This document shows, one piece after another, positions 19,716 to 28,543 of a stretch of DNA of 32,000 bases. The notes under the pieces were generated by a model that saw nothing but the letters and a program-made list of their open reading frames with translations, did no database searches and was not told where the DNA came from. Origin of the DNA: Methanocaldococcus jannaschii DSM 2661 (GTDB lineage Archaea > AGJL01 > Methanococci > Methanococcales > Methanocaldococcaceae); the NCBI RefSeq assembly GCF_000091665.1, contig NC_000909.1:1309460-1341459 (forward strand). The letters run 5' to 3'. The translations under genes were made by a program, and so were the position numbers. The stretch's first letter is position 1. Each line of letters begins with the position of its first letter.

Positions 19716-21572
19716 ATGGATATGGAAAAATTAAAGGAAATATTATTGAAAGCAAAAAAATTGGGATTCTCTGATAAACAGATAGCTAATTTATTAGGAA
19801 TGGATGAGATAGAAGTTAGGGACTTGAGAAAGAAGCTCAATATCATTCCTTTATACAAAATGGTAGATACCTGTGCTGCTGAGTTTGAGGCAAAAACCCC
19901 ATACTATTACTCTGCCTATGAGACATTTGTTTATAAGGAGCAAGATGAAAGCAATCCATCAGATAGAAAAAAAGTTATAATCATCGGTTCTGGGCCGATA
20001 AGGATTGGTCAGGGGATAGAATTTGATTATTCAAGTGTTCATGCAGTTTTAGCTTTAAAGGAAATGGGAATTGAAGCTATAATCATAAATAACAACCCAG
20101 AGACAGTTTCAACCGACTATGATACATCAGACAAGCTTTATTTTGAACCAATAACCTTTGAAGAGGTATTAAATATTGCTGAAAGAGAAAAGGAGAAAGG
20201 AGAGCTTTTGGGAGTTATAGTTCAATTTGGTGGGCAAACAGCAATAAACTTAGCCATGAAATTAAAAAATGCGGGAGTTAATATCTTAGGAACCACTCCA
20301 GAGAATATAAATGCTGCTGAGGATAGAGAAGAGTTTTCAAAACTTTTAAAGAAGTTAAATATTCCTCAAGCTGAAGGAGGAACAGCATATACAAAAGAAG
20401 AGGCATTGGAGATAGCTAAAAGAATTGGTTATCCTGTTTTAGTTAGGCCTTCCTATGTTTTAGGAGGAAGGGCAATGCAAATTGTTTATAGCGAGGATGA
20501 GTTAATTGAGTATATGGAAGAGGCAGTTAAAGTTTCAGAGGAGCATCCAGTGTTGATTGATAAATTTTTAGAAGATGCTATTGAGTTGGATGTTGATGCT
20601 GTTTGTGATGGAGAGAGTGTTTTAATTGGGGCAATAATGGAGCATATTGAAGAGGCTGGAGTGCATAGTGGAGATTCAGCAACAGTTATTCCTCCTCAAA
20701 CTTTACCAAAGGAGATAATTGATACTGTTATAGATTACACTGCCAAATTAGCAAGGGCTTTAAACATAGTGGGGCTTTTAAACGTGCAGTATGCAGTTAA
20801 AGATGGAGTTGTTTATGTTTTGGAAGCAAACCCAAGGGCTTCAAGAACTGTTCCTTATGTGAGTAAATCAGTTGGAATTCCATTGGCTAAGTTAGCCACA
20901 AAGATTATGCTCGGCAAAAAGTTGGAGGAGTTAATTAAAGATTATGATGTTGAAAAAGTTGCTGAGAAGGTTTGGATTGCAAAGCCGAAGTATGTATCAA
21001 TTAAAGAGGCAGTATTCCCATTCCAAAAATTGCCTGGAGTAGACCCTGTTTTAGGGCCTGAGATGAAATCTACTGGAGAGGCTATTGGAATAGATAAAGA
21101 CTTTGGTAGGGCATACTATAAAGCTCAGTTATCTGCAAATATGGAATTGCCAATCGTTGGAAATGTCTTTATAAGTGTTAGAGATAGGGATAAGAAGCAT
21201 ATCGTAGATGTTGCTAAAAAGTTGCATGAGCTTGGCTTTACAATATACGCAACAGAAGGAACTGCTAAAGTGTTGAGAGAAAATGGAATTCCAGCAATAC
21301 TTGTTAAGAAGATATCTGAAAGTCCAAATGATAACATCCTAAAGTTAATGAGAGATGGTAAGATGCACTTAATAATAAACACTTCCTCTGGAAAGAAGGC
21401 AAAGTCAGACGGGTATTATATAAGAAGGGCAGCAGTGGATTTGGGTATTCCTTATATAACTACAATCCCTGGAGCAAAAGCTGCTGTTAAGGCAATAGAA
21501 GCTGTAAAAACTGGAGAGTTAAGTGTTTATTCATTAGATGAGCTTGATGCAAGGATAAAAAATAGGTTTTAA
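19716..21572 (+). CDS. carB: Carbamoyl-phosphate synthase large subunit, C-terminal half (split gene)
   Basis: [12 protein letters not shown]...[10 protein letters not shown]...[16 protein letters not shown], a second ATP-grasp module and a C-terminal MGS-like allosteric domain ([14 protein letters not shown]). GGTGA lies 5 nt upstream of the ATG. Confidence 0.92.
19723..19739 (+). repeat. Right copy of the direct repeat flanking the carB-splitting cassette
   Basis: TGGAAAAATTAAAGGAA encodes (M)EKLKE at the start of carB-C. See 18823-18839 for the left copy. Confidence 0.4.
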
Positions 21573-22009
21573 GCTTTAGCTTCAATAATCAACTTATAAT
21601 CCTCTTCTGGAATTTCTCTCATTGCTTTTCCCATCAAATGCCCACTCCACTTCTTTTTGTTTGTTATGAATTTCAACTTTGGAATTAAATCCTTAAAGTT
21701 AATTGGTGGCACAAAAACTTTAACTTCTTTTAATTTAACCCTATATGGGAATTTCTCATTAGGGTTTCTTGGAGTTGGCTTAAAGATTTTTGAACTATCT
21801 TTATAAACCTCTGAAACAACTTCATAAACTCCTCTTATGTATGGTGGTTTATAATCTTTCCCACTTCTCTGAATCTCATAAATAATTAGTTTATCTCCAA
21901 CTTTAACTTTATTTATAGTGTTTTTATGCCTTTCAGCCACTCCCCAAATCTTCTTGTCTTTTATTACCTTCCAATTATCTTCATTTGTTATACAAAGCCA
22001 GTATGCCAT
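21569..22009 (-). CDS. PUA-like / EVE-domain protein (PH1033/UPF0310-like)
   Basis: [45 protein letters not shown]...[10 protein letters not shown]...[23 protein letters not shown] closely resembles my memory of the Pyrococcus PH1033 PUA-like protein. Its 3' end overlaps the convergent carB-C stop by 4 nt. Confidence 0.75.
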
Positions 22010-22129
22010 AATATCGCCGTTTAAAACTGTTTATTTTTTGTGAGTAAAATTAAATATACGGAGAGTCCTAACTATTATTTTTATTAATAAAATTTTTTAT
22101 TGATTTTTAAAATTAATTTTTGGTTTTTG

Positions 22130-22900
22130 TTATATGTCCAATCCAAACAAATTCACAGCATTTTTATGAGCAACCTTATAAATAACATCTTTTTCAATAC
22201 CATTAATCTTCATCTTCAAAACAGTTCTTGGAACAGCTAAAACATCTGATGCGTTTGAGGAGCAATCACTATTCAATAGAATCTTATCAGCAAAGTCCTT
22301 ATACTCTTTAACTATCTCAACAGCCTCTAATGGAGTTAATTTTCCTGGCTGAATTGTCAATCCAACATAAAACTCCTCATCTAAAACCCATTTTGTTGTC
22401 TCTTTATTGCAGTGTTCAATAACTATATCCCTATTTTTCAAATTCAGAGTGGAAATCTCATCCAATATGATTTTAGTTACCTCCTCCTTGTTTCTTCTTG
22501 GCGTATGCACAACTGCAGGCATATTTAACTCTTCAGCTAAAAGTAACTGCTTTATAAAAACCTCCTTCTCCTCCTTTGTAGCCTTCTCCAAACCAATCTC
22601 TCCAATACCCACAACCCTACTATTATAATTTATATAACTCTTTATTTTATCTAAAGCCTCATCAATCTCTGGAGGAATAGCCCTTGGATGCATCCCTACA
22701 CAAATAAACAAATTCAATCCAACCTTTTTAGCCCTCTCTAACTCATTAATTAAAAGCTTTTCTACATGAGCTTCCCAAACTTTAATGTTCTTCATCTCAA
22801 ATGGGTCATGAGCTAATGTTATAACTCCATCTAAGCACATTGCCATTAACTCCAAATCCTCTAAACCTCTTGTATCTGAGTGTATGTGAGTGTCTATCAT
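22130..22900 (-). CDS. TatD-related metal-dependent hydrolase (amidohydrolase superfamily)
   Basis: MIDTHIHSD is an HxH metal site. Downstream ligands are GEIGLE, VVHTP, EHC and NSD, and the length (256 aa) fits the family. Confidence 0.75.
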
Positions 22901-22945
22901 ATCCCCACCCTTTATAGTGTCTTTTATGAGATAAATAATGTATTA

Positions 22946-22977
22946 ATGAACGCTATCCTTTAGGAAAAAGCGTTCAT
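22946..22977. promoter_or_regulatory. 9-bp perfect inverted repeat (hairpin or operator) in the TatD 5' region
   Basis: ATGAACGCT-N14-AGCGTTCAT is relatively GC-rich for this genome. On the minus strand it lies just downstream of CTATAAAAG (22993-22985) and 46 nt upstream of the TatD ATG. Confidence 0.4.
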
Positions 22978-23128
22978 AGGGCTTTTATAGAAATTAAATT
23001 TTTGATTTTTAATAAAGAATATTGATGACCTCATACATATAAACACGTTATTTAATACTTATGACCTGTGAAAATCCTGCCATTTTTCTCAATAACTTTT
23101 ATTATTTTTTGTTTTTTGAAAGACACTA

Positions 23129-23725
23129 TTACTCTATCTTCCTACCAACTGGCATCAATAATAGAGGATATTCTTTTATCTTTAAAATCTCCCTTATTTC
23201 ATTATCATAAAATGCTCCAACTGATACAGTTCCTAAACCTAAAGATGTAGCCATTAAATATACATTCTGAGCAACATGTCCAACCTCCATATGCACATAT
23301 CTAAATCCTCTATCTCCATAAACTCTTGTAGTTCTTTCATAGTTAGCAGCTATAATTAAAACAATTGGAGCTATGGCGATAAACATCTGCTTTAAAGCTG
23401 CTAAAGCTAATTCGTGCCCTACTTCCTCATCTAAAATTCTAACAATTGAGTGCCTCTCTGGAATATATTTATAAACTCCCTCCTCAACTCCAACAACATC
23501 CCTCACATTTACATAAATTTCCAATGGATACGTTGCTCCAGCAGAGGGAACAGTTTTAAATCCCCTTTCATCAGTTACTCCATAGGCAGCAAATAGTATA
23601 TGAGAAAGTTCTCTCAAAGTCAGTGGAGATGAGCAATATTCCCTAACTGACCTCCTCTTTATCAAAACATCCTCTAACTTTATTTCCTCTATATCTGGAA
23701 GTTGGATTTCCATAGTATCCCCCAA
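23129..23725 (-). CDS. Nitroreductase-family protein, SagB-type dehydrogenase domain
   Basis: IKRRSVREY...LTLRELSHILFAAYGVT...VPSAGATYPLEIYV is typical of SagB/ThcOx-type FMN oxidoreductases. The gene lies 12 nt downstream of trm56 on the same strand. Confidence 0.75.
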   Translation of the reverse strand: MGDTMEIQLPDIEEIKLEDVLIKRRSVREYCSSPLTLRELSHILFAAYGVTDERGFKTVPSAGATYPLEIYVNVRDVVGVEEGVYKYIPERHSIVRILDEEVGHELALAALKQMFIAIAPIVLIIAANYERTTRVYGDRGFRYVHMEVGHVAQNVYLMATSLGLGTVSVGAFYDNEIREILKIKEYPLLLMPVGRKIE

Positions 23726-23737
23726 TATATTTTGATA

Positions 23738-24277
23738 TTATTTATTTTGCTTTTCTCTTATAACTACTTTTCCATCTTTTGATGGGACTATCTTTATCTT
23801 TGCATCTTCAAAATCTCTATAAAGTGTTTTACCCTCAAACAATCTATCTAAAAAGATTGCCAAAGCAGCAACTTCGGAGTGTGGTTGGTTACCAACAGAT
23901 ACATTATAATCAGCCAATTCATAAACCTCCTTTGGCACTTTTTCAGCCCCAACTATAACTAATATATCTTTATCTCTGCTTATTTCTCTAATCTCTGGCA
24001 TTATCTCATTTATATTAGCCCCATACATTGTTAGATGAACTACAATCCCTCTTTTTTTAAATTCTCTAATATATTTTCTCCAATGTTTTTCAACAACAAA
24101 CTCAAAGTTTCCTCCCCAACTCTCTACAACTTTTTTAACACTATTTTCAACGTGTTCATCTTCAGTTGTAAAAATTATTTTATCTGCTCCTAAGGCTCTT
24201 GCGGTTAAAGCTACGTGGGTTGATATCCTCTTATCTCTGTCTCCTCTATGTCCTAATCTTAAAACCTCAACAACCAT
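23738..24277 (-). CDS. trm56: tRNA (cytidine56-2'-O)-methyltransferase aTrm56 (SPOUT)
   Basis: [33 protein letters not shown] matches the conserved aTrm56 N-terminus. The 179-aa length fits. Confidence 0.85.
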   Translation of the reverse strand: MVVEVLRLGHRGDRDKRISTHVALTARALGADKIIFTTEDEHVENSVKKVVESWGGNFEFVVEKHWRKYIREFKKRGIVVHLTMYGANINEIMPEIREISRDKDILVIVGAEKVPKEVYELADYNVSVGNQPHSEVAALAIFLDRLFEGKTLYRDFEDAKIKIVPSKDGKVVIREKQNK

Positions 24278-24412
24278 AATAATCCCTCATCATAAATTAT
24301 TTATACTCTAAGTCATAAATATTTGAAAATATATGATGCAGTTGTTAAAACAACTTTCCAAATCTCTACATCCATATTTTTTGATTATATTTACTTTTTT
24401 GATTATAAGGGG

Positions 24413-24547
24413 ATGAAAATGGCAGAAATATTTGCAGTCAATAATTACACTGAATTAAAGAAGATTAGAAGGATGATAACTTTTGGATTTACTGTCTTAG
24501 GTCTTGGGATTGGAATGATATTTGGTGATGCTGGGCTGGATGTTTAA
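24413..24547 (+). CDS. Small membrane protein, copy 1 (C-terminus apparently truncated by a frameshift)
   Basis: The likely start is ATG 24413 or 24419 (MKMAEIFAVNNYTELKKIRRMITFGFTVLGLGIGMIFGDAGLDV*), preceded by AGGGGAT. The track start 24323 looks like an upstream extension. The remainder of a second helix (LIGLGIWLLISSYKI*) continues in another frame to about 24590. Confidence 0.45.
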   Translation: MKMAEIFAVNNYTELKKIRRMITFGFTVLGLGIGMIFGDAGLDV

Positions 24548-24602
24548 TAGGCTTAGGGATATGGCTTTTAATAAGCTCTTATAAAATATAAAGGGATTAT
24601 AG

Positions 24603-24827
24603 ATGACTATGAAGAATTAGATAAAAAATTATCCTCCAAATCTTGGAAGAAAGAGAAATAAACCTTTGATAGATAAGATTATTGAAGATGCTGAAAATGA
24701 TGAATTATTTTTTGGTTTCTTATGCATAGGTTTAGGTGTTGGAATGTTATTAGATAACTTTATAGCTGGAGCGTTATTAGGTATTGGTTTTTGGATTATA
24801 ATAAGGTATCTAAAAAAAGATTTGTAA
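24603..24827 (+). pseudogene. Small membrane protein, copy 2 (paralog of copy 1; in-frame TAG at codon 6, or a TTG restart at 24666)
   Basis: ATG ACT ATG AAG AAT TAG, then the same frame reads IKNYPPNLGRKRNKPLIDKIIEDAENDELFFGFLCIGLGVGMLLDNFIAGALLGIGFWIIIRYLKKDL*. AGGGAT precedes the ATG, as in copy 1. The motif FGF..(L/I)GLG(I/V)GM is shared with copy 1. Confidence 0.4.
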
Positions 24828-24829
24828 AT

Positions 24830-25969
24830 CTAATTTTTAATTTGGGAAATATTTATTAACTTATATAAATCTTTTAAAGGAATGCCATATTTTTTAGCAA
24901 TGTTCTTCAAATCCTCAAACTCTGGTTTTTGAGAGATTATTTCATCATTAACTCTCCCAACTTTTAATCTAACAGATTCATCAAACAATTTTATAGTTTT
25001 AAATTCTCTATCAGCTGTTATTCTCTCTATATCAAATATTCTAACCCCTAAACTACCAGTCTCCCTCATTATAATTTTGGCTACCTCCTCAGCTATATCT
25101 CTATCAACAATAGCCCTAATTGTATAAGCTGGTCTGTTCTTCTTCATATATGTAGGGATAAAATGCAAATCCCTAACTTTTCCATCTAAAACTTCATATA
25201 AATAGCCTAAAATCTCTGCTGAAATGTCATCAACGTTCGTTTCTAATAAAACTATATCCTCCCTCTTTATATCTTCAACTCTAAAAACTCTTAAGGCATT
25301 TAAAAGATTTAAATCCTTATCTCCAGCTCCATAAGAAACTTCTTTTATAATAAAAGCCCCTTTAGCTAATTTTGGATTTATATACTTTATAATAGCTGAT
25401 CCAGTAGGTGTTGTTAGCTCTTCATTTATATCAGAAAAAAATATTTTAAGTCCTTTCAATATCTCAGCCGTAGCTGGAGCTGGAACTGGTAGTAATCCAT
25501 GTTCTGTCCTTACAAAACCATTTCCAACATTTATTGGCTTATATAAGCAGTTATTTTTTAGATTTAACTTGTTTATAATATATGCTGCCCCAACAATATC
25601 GGCAATTGTATCATAATTCCCAACTTCATGGAAATGAACATTTTCAACATCCACATTATGCACTTTGCTTTCTGCCTCAGCCAATATCTTTAGAATTTCT
25701 AAGGCAGTAATTTTAATATCTTCTTGAATATCAGAACTTTTAATAACGTTTTTAATATCTTTATAAGTGTTTGCATTACAATTAATACACTTTGGGATTA
25801 TATTAACTTTGTTAGCTAATATATGACATTTCTTTACCTTTTTTATCTCAATCTCTACATCAATAACTTTTTTAATTGTATTTATAAAATCTTCTTTATC
25901 AACAAAATCAATCATTGCTGATAAGAACATATCTCCACTAATTCCAGAAAATGGGTCTAATAGAAACAT
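24830..25969 (-). CDS. larC: LarC-family nickel insertion protein (DUF111/UPF0272)
   Basis: MFLLDPFSGISGDMFLSAMID is the conserved LarC N-terminus. The 379-aa length fits, and HFHEVG is also present. Confidence 0.8.
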   Translation of the reverse strand: MFLLDPFSGISGDMFLSAMIDFVDKEDFINTIKKVIDVEIEIKKVKKCHILANKVNIIPKCINCNANTYKDIKNVIKSSDIQEDIKITALEILKILAEAESKVHNVDVENVHFHEVGNYDTIADIVGAAYIINKLNLKNNCLYKPINVGNGFVRTEHGLLPVPAPATAEILKGLKIFFSDINEELTTPTGSAIIKYINPKLAKGAFIIKEVSYGAGDKDLNLLNALRVFRVEDIKREDIVLLETNVDDISAEILGYLYEVLDGKVRDLHFIPTYMKKNRPAYTIRAIVDRDIAEEVAKIIMRETGSLGVRIFDIERITADREFKTIKLFDESVRLKVGRVNDEIISQKPEFEDLKNIAKKYGIPLKDLYKLINISQIKN

Positions 25970-26109
25970 AAAAATCTCCTCTCTATTTTTTAGAGTTTAA
26001 GTTATTAATATACTGATAATACTAATAAAAAGTTTAACCTAACTGTCACACACTTAAAAATTAAGATTAATTAAGTAAGTAAATAAGTTATGTTGTGAAT
26101 GATTGTCCT

Positions 26110-26201
26110 ATTAAAATCAGACTGATTTGGAATGGAAACATTAGCTGGTGTCCTTCTTTGGAAACTACAAGATTAAAATCAGACCGATTCAGAATAAAAA
26201 T
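26110..26201 (+). CRISPR. Degenerate orphan mini-CRISPR array (2 repeats, 1 spacer)
   Basis: Repeat 1, ATTAAAATCAGACTGATTTGGAATGGAAAC, spans 26110-26139. Repeat 2, ATTAAAATCAGACCGATTCAGAATAAAAAT, spans 26172-26201. They are 24/30 identical and separated by the 32-nt spacer ATTAGCTGGTGTCCTTCTTTGGAAACTACAAG. The repeat resembles the M. jannaschii short-repeat/CRISPR family as I recall it, including the GGAATGGAAA(C/T) 3' end. Confidence 0.6.
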
Positions 26202-26343
26202 TTAAGGTTTATTTTCTTTTTATTAATTTAATTTATATATTTGAATTTATAAATAATAAAAGCTTTTCTTCACTAAAAAATAGTAATTTATATATCTCTG
26301 CTACCCTACTAATTTTTAAAATTAATTCTTTAAGGTGAAATGA

Positions 26344-27591
26344 ATGTATGAAGTTAGGGACATAAACCTCTGGAAAGAAGGAGAGAGAAAAATACAATGG
26401 GCAAAACAACACATGCCTGTTTTAAATTTAATTAGAGAAAGATTTAAAGAAGAAAAGCCATTTAAAGGAATAACAATAGGAATGGCTCTACACTTAGAAG
26501 CAAAAACAGCTGTTTTAGCAGAGACATTGATGGAAGGAGGGGCAGAGATTGCTATAACTGGATGCAATCCTTTATCCACTCAGGATGATGTTGCCGCTGC
26601 TTGTGCTAAAAAAGGAATGCATGTTTATGCATGGAGAGGAGAGACAGTAGAGGAGTATTATGAAAACCTAAACAAGGTTTTAGACCACAAACCAGATATT
26701 GTTATAGATGATGGCTGTGATTTAATATTTTTATTGCATACAAAGAGAACTGAACTTTTGGATAACATAATGGGAGGTTGTGAAGAAACTACAACTGGAA
26801 TCATCAGATTAAAAGCTATGGAAAAAGAAGGAGCTTTAAAATTTCCAGTTATGGATGTAAATGATGCATATACGAAACATCTATTTGACAACAGATATGG
26901 AACTGGGCAAAGTGCCTTAGATGGAATTCTGAGAGCTACAAACTTATTAATTGCTGGAAAGACTGTTGTTGTTGCTGGTTATGGATGGTGTGGTAGAGGA
27001 GTAGCAATGAGAGCTAAAGGCTTAGGAGCAGAGGTCGTAGTTACAGAAGTTAATCCAATTAGAGCCTTAGAGGCAAGAATGGATGGATTTAGAGTCATGA
27101 AGATGGAGAAAGCTGCGGAGATTGGAGATATATTTATAACAACAACTGGATGTAAGGATGTTATTAGAAAGGAACATATATTGAAGATGAGGAATGGAGC
27201 TATCTTAGCAAATGCTGGACACTTTGACAATGAGATTAATAAAAAGCACTTAGAAGAGTTAGCTAAATCAATAAAAGAAGTTAGAAATTGTGTAACTGAA
27301 TACGACTTAGGAAATAAGAAAATATATTTATTGGGAGAGGGTAGGTTGGTTAATTTGGCATGTGCAGATGGGCATCCATGTGAGGTTATGGACATGAGTT
27401 TTGCCAACCAAGCTTTAGCGGCTGAATACATCTTAAAAAATCATGAGAAGTTAGAGCCAAGGGTTTATAACATTCCTTACGAACAGGACTTAATGATTGC
27501 CTCTCTAAAATTGAAAGCTATGGGTATTGAAATTGATGAACTAACTAAAGAGCAAAAAAAATATTTAGAAGATTGGAGAGAAGGAACTTAA
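26344..27591 (+). CDS. ahcY: S-adenosyl-L-homocysteine hydrolase family enzyme (reported as S-inosyl-L-homocysteine hydrolase in M. jannaschii)
   Basis: Archaeal-length (415 aa) AdoHcy hydrolase with EETTTG, the NAD-binding [13 protein letters not shown] and GHFDNEI motifs. GGTGA lies 5 nt upstream of the ATG. Confidence 0.9.
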   Translation: MYEVRDINLWKEGERKIQWAKQHMPVLNLIRERFKEEKPFKGITIGMALHLEAKTAVLAETLMEGGAEIAITGCNPLSTQDDVAAACAKKGMHVYAWRGETVEEYYENLNKVLDHKPDIVIDDGCDLIFLLHTKRTELLDNIMGGCEETTTGIIRLKAMEKEGALKFPVMDVNDAYTKHLFDNRYGTGQSALDGILRATNLLIAGKTVVVAGYGWCGRGVAMRAKGLGAEVVVTEVNPIRALEARMDGFRVMKMEKAAEIGDIFITTTGCKDVIRKEHILKMRNGAILANAGHFDNEINKKHLEELAKSIKEVRNCVTEYDLGNKKIYLLGEGRLVNLACADGHPCEVMDMSFANQALAAEYILKNHEKLEPRVYNIPYEQDLMIASLKLKAMGIEIDELTKEQKKYLEDWREGT

Positions 27592-27944
27592 CTTCTTAGA
27601 TTCTTTAAAAATAAAAAAGCTGCTTTGACTATTGTTATATATATTTAACCCCTCCCCCACAATTTTAATTGTTTCTTAATCATTTTTTAAAGTCCCTTGT
27701 TATTATCATATAGTTTTTATTACATATAATCTTTTTGCGTAATTTACTGTGTAGTATATTATGTAGGTATAACTCCAATATAGCTATATGTTTATTGGTT
27801 TATTTATGCCTATAAATTCATTAAAATATTAGTTTGATAATATCACAAAGAGTTTAAATTCCATGTTTCTATTTTTAAGCACATTTAACCGTATTTTTCC
27901 TTATAATGGTTTATTCCCATGAAGTCCTATTAAAATTTTAAAAT

Positions 27945-28349
27945 TTAAAGAGCAATCTCTTCAATAATATTCTCAGCTGTTAATCCGTCAATGTTATTAA
28001 CTTTAAACTTTAATTCCATAACCTTATCTTTTATTTCATCAGCTTTGATATTACCAACGACTGCAAATATAAAATCATCTAAGTTATATAAGATTATTTT
28101 ATGCTTTTTTCCTTTAATTTCAATGTATTCGACTTCATCATTAAATCTTTTATAGAGCATCTCTGAACTACCCATAACAACAGCCATATGCCTTGATATT
28201 ATTTCTAAATCTTCTCCGTCAATATTTCCTACTTTAACAAGGGAATCCTTTGAGACTATGACAAATCCCTCAACATTCTTTAAATTTTTTGATAGAGGTA
28301 GAAGAATTTCATTTATTTCATTTACTTTTCTGTTTTCTGTTGCCTTCAT
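27945..28349 (-). CDS. Roadblock/LC7 (MglB-like) domain protein
   Basis: 134 aa. VEGFVIVSKDSLVKVGNIDGEDLEIISRHMAVVMGSSEMLYKRF...IEIKGKKHKIILYNLDDFIFAVVGN follows the alpha-beta-alpha Roadblock pattern. This is profile-like recognition only. Confidence 0.5.
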   Translation of the reverse strand: MKATENRKVNEINEILLPLSKNLKNVEGFVIVSKDSLVKVGNIDGEDLEIISRHMAVVMGSSEMLYKRFNDEVEYIEIKGKKHKIILYNLDDFIFAVVGNIKADEIKDKVMELKFKVNNIDGLTAENIIEEIAL

Positions 28350-28543
28350 ATTAATCGCCTATTGATTCATTTTTTTAGTAATTTTTTTGAATATTCATGT
28401 AATTTTGTTCCTATTATGACTTTGTAGTACTATAAATATCTTTCTAAGATGTTTATTATTATGACATAAGCATTCAGAAATATGGCTTTGATGGAGCAGG
28501 AGAGGATGAAAGTTTAACCCATAATCTCCTAAAATTCCCATCT

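Noticed and set aside
23068-23250. 60-aa plus-strand ORF overlapping the nitroreductase 3' end
   Set aside because: It is largely antisense or overlapping to a well-supported gene. It has a GTG/TTG-type start, no ribosome-binding site and low-complexity sequence.
24618-24620. In-frame TAG in small membrane gene copy 2 read as pyrrolysine or programmed read-through
   Set aside because: To my knowledge Methanocaldococcus lacks the pyl system, and no PYLIS-like context is evident. A nonsense mutation, a sequencing error or a downstream TTG restart are simpler explanations.
28395-28541. 48-codon His/Cys-rich minus-strand ORF (MGILGDYGLNFHPLLLHQSHISECLCHNNKH...) between the 109-aa gene and the Roadblock-like gene
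   Set aside because: It could be a tiny metal-binding peptide. However, it has no ribosome-binding site, starts 3 nt after the upstream stop and spans the likely promoter of the downstream gene. The evidence is insufficient.
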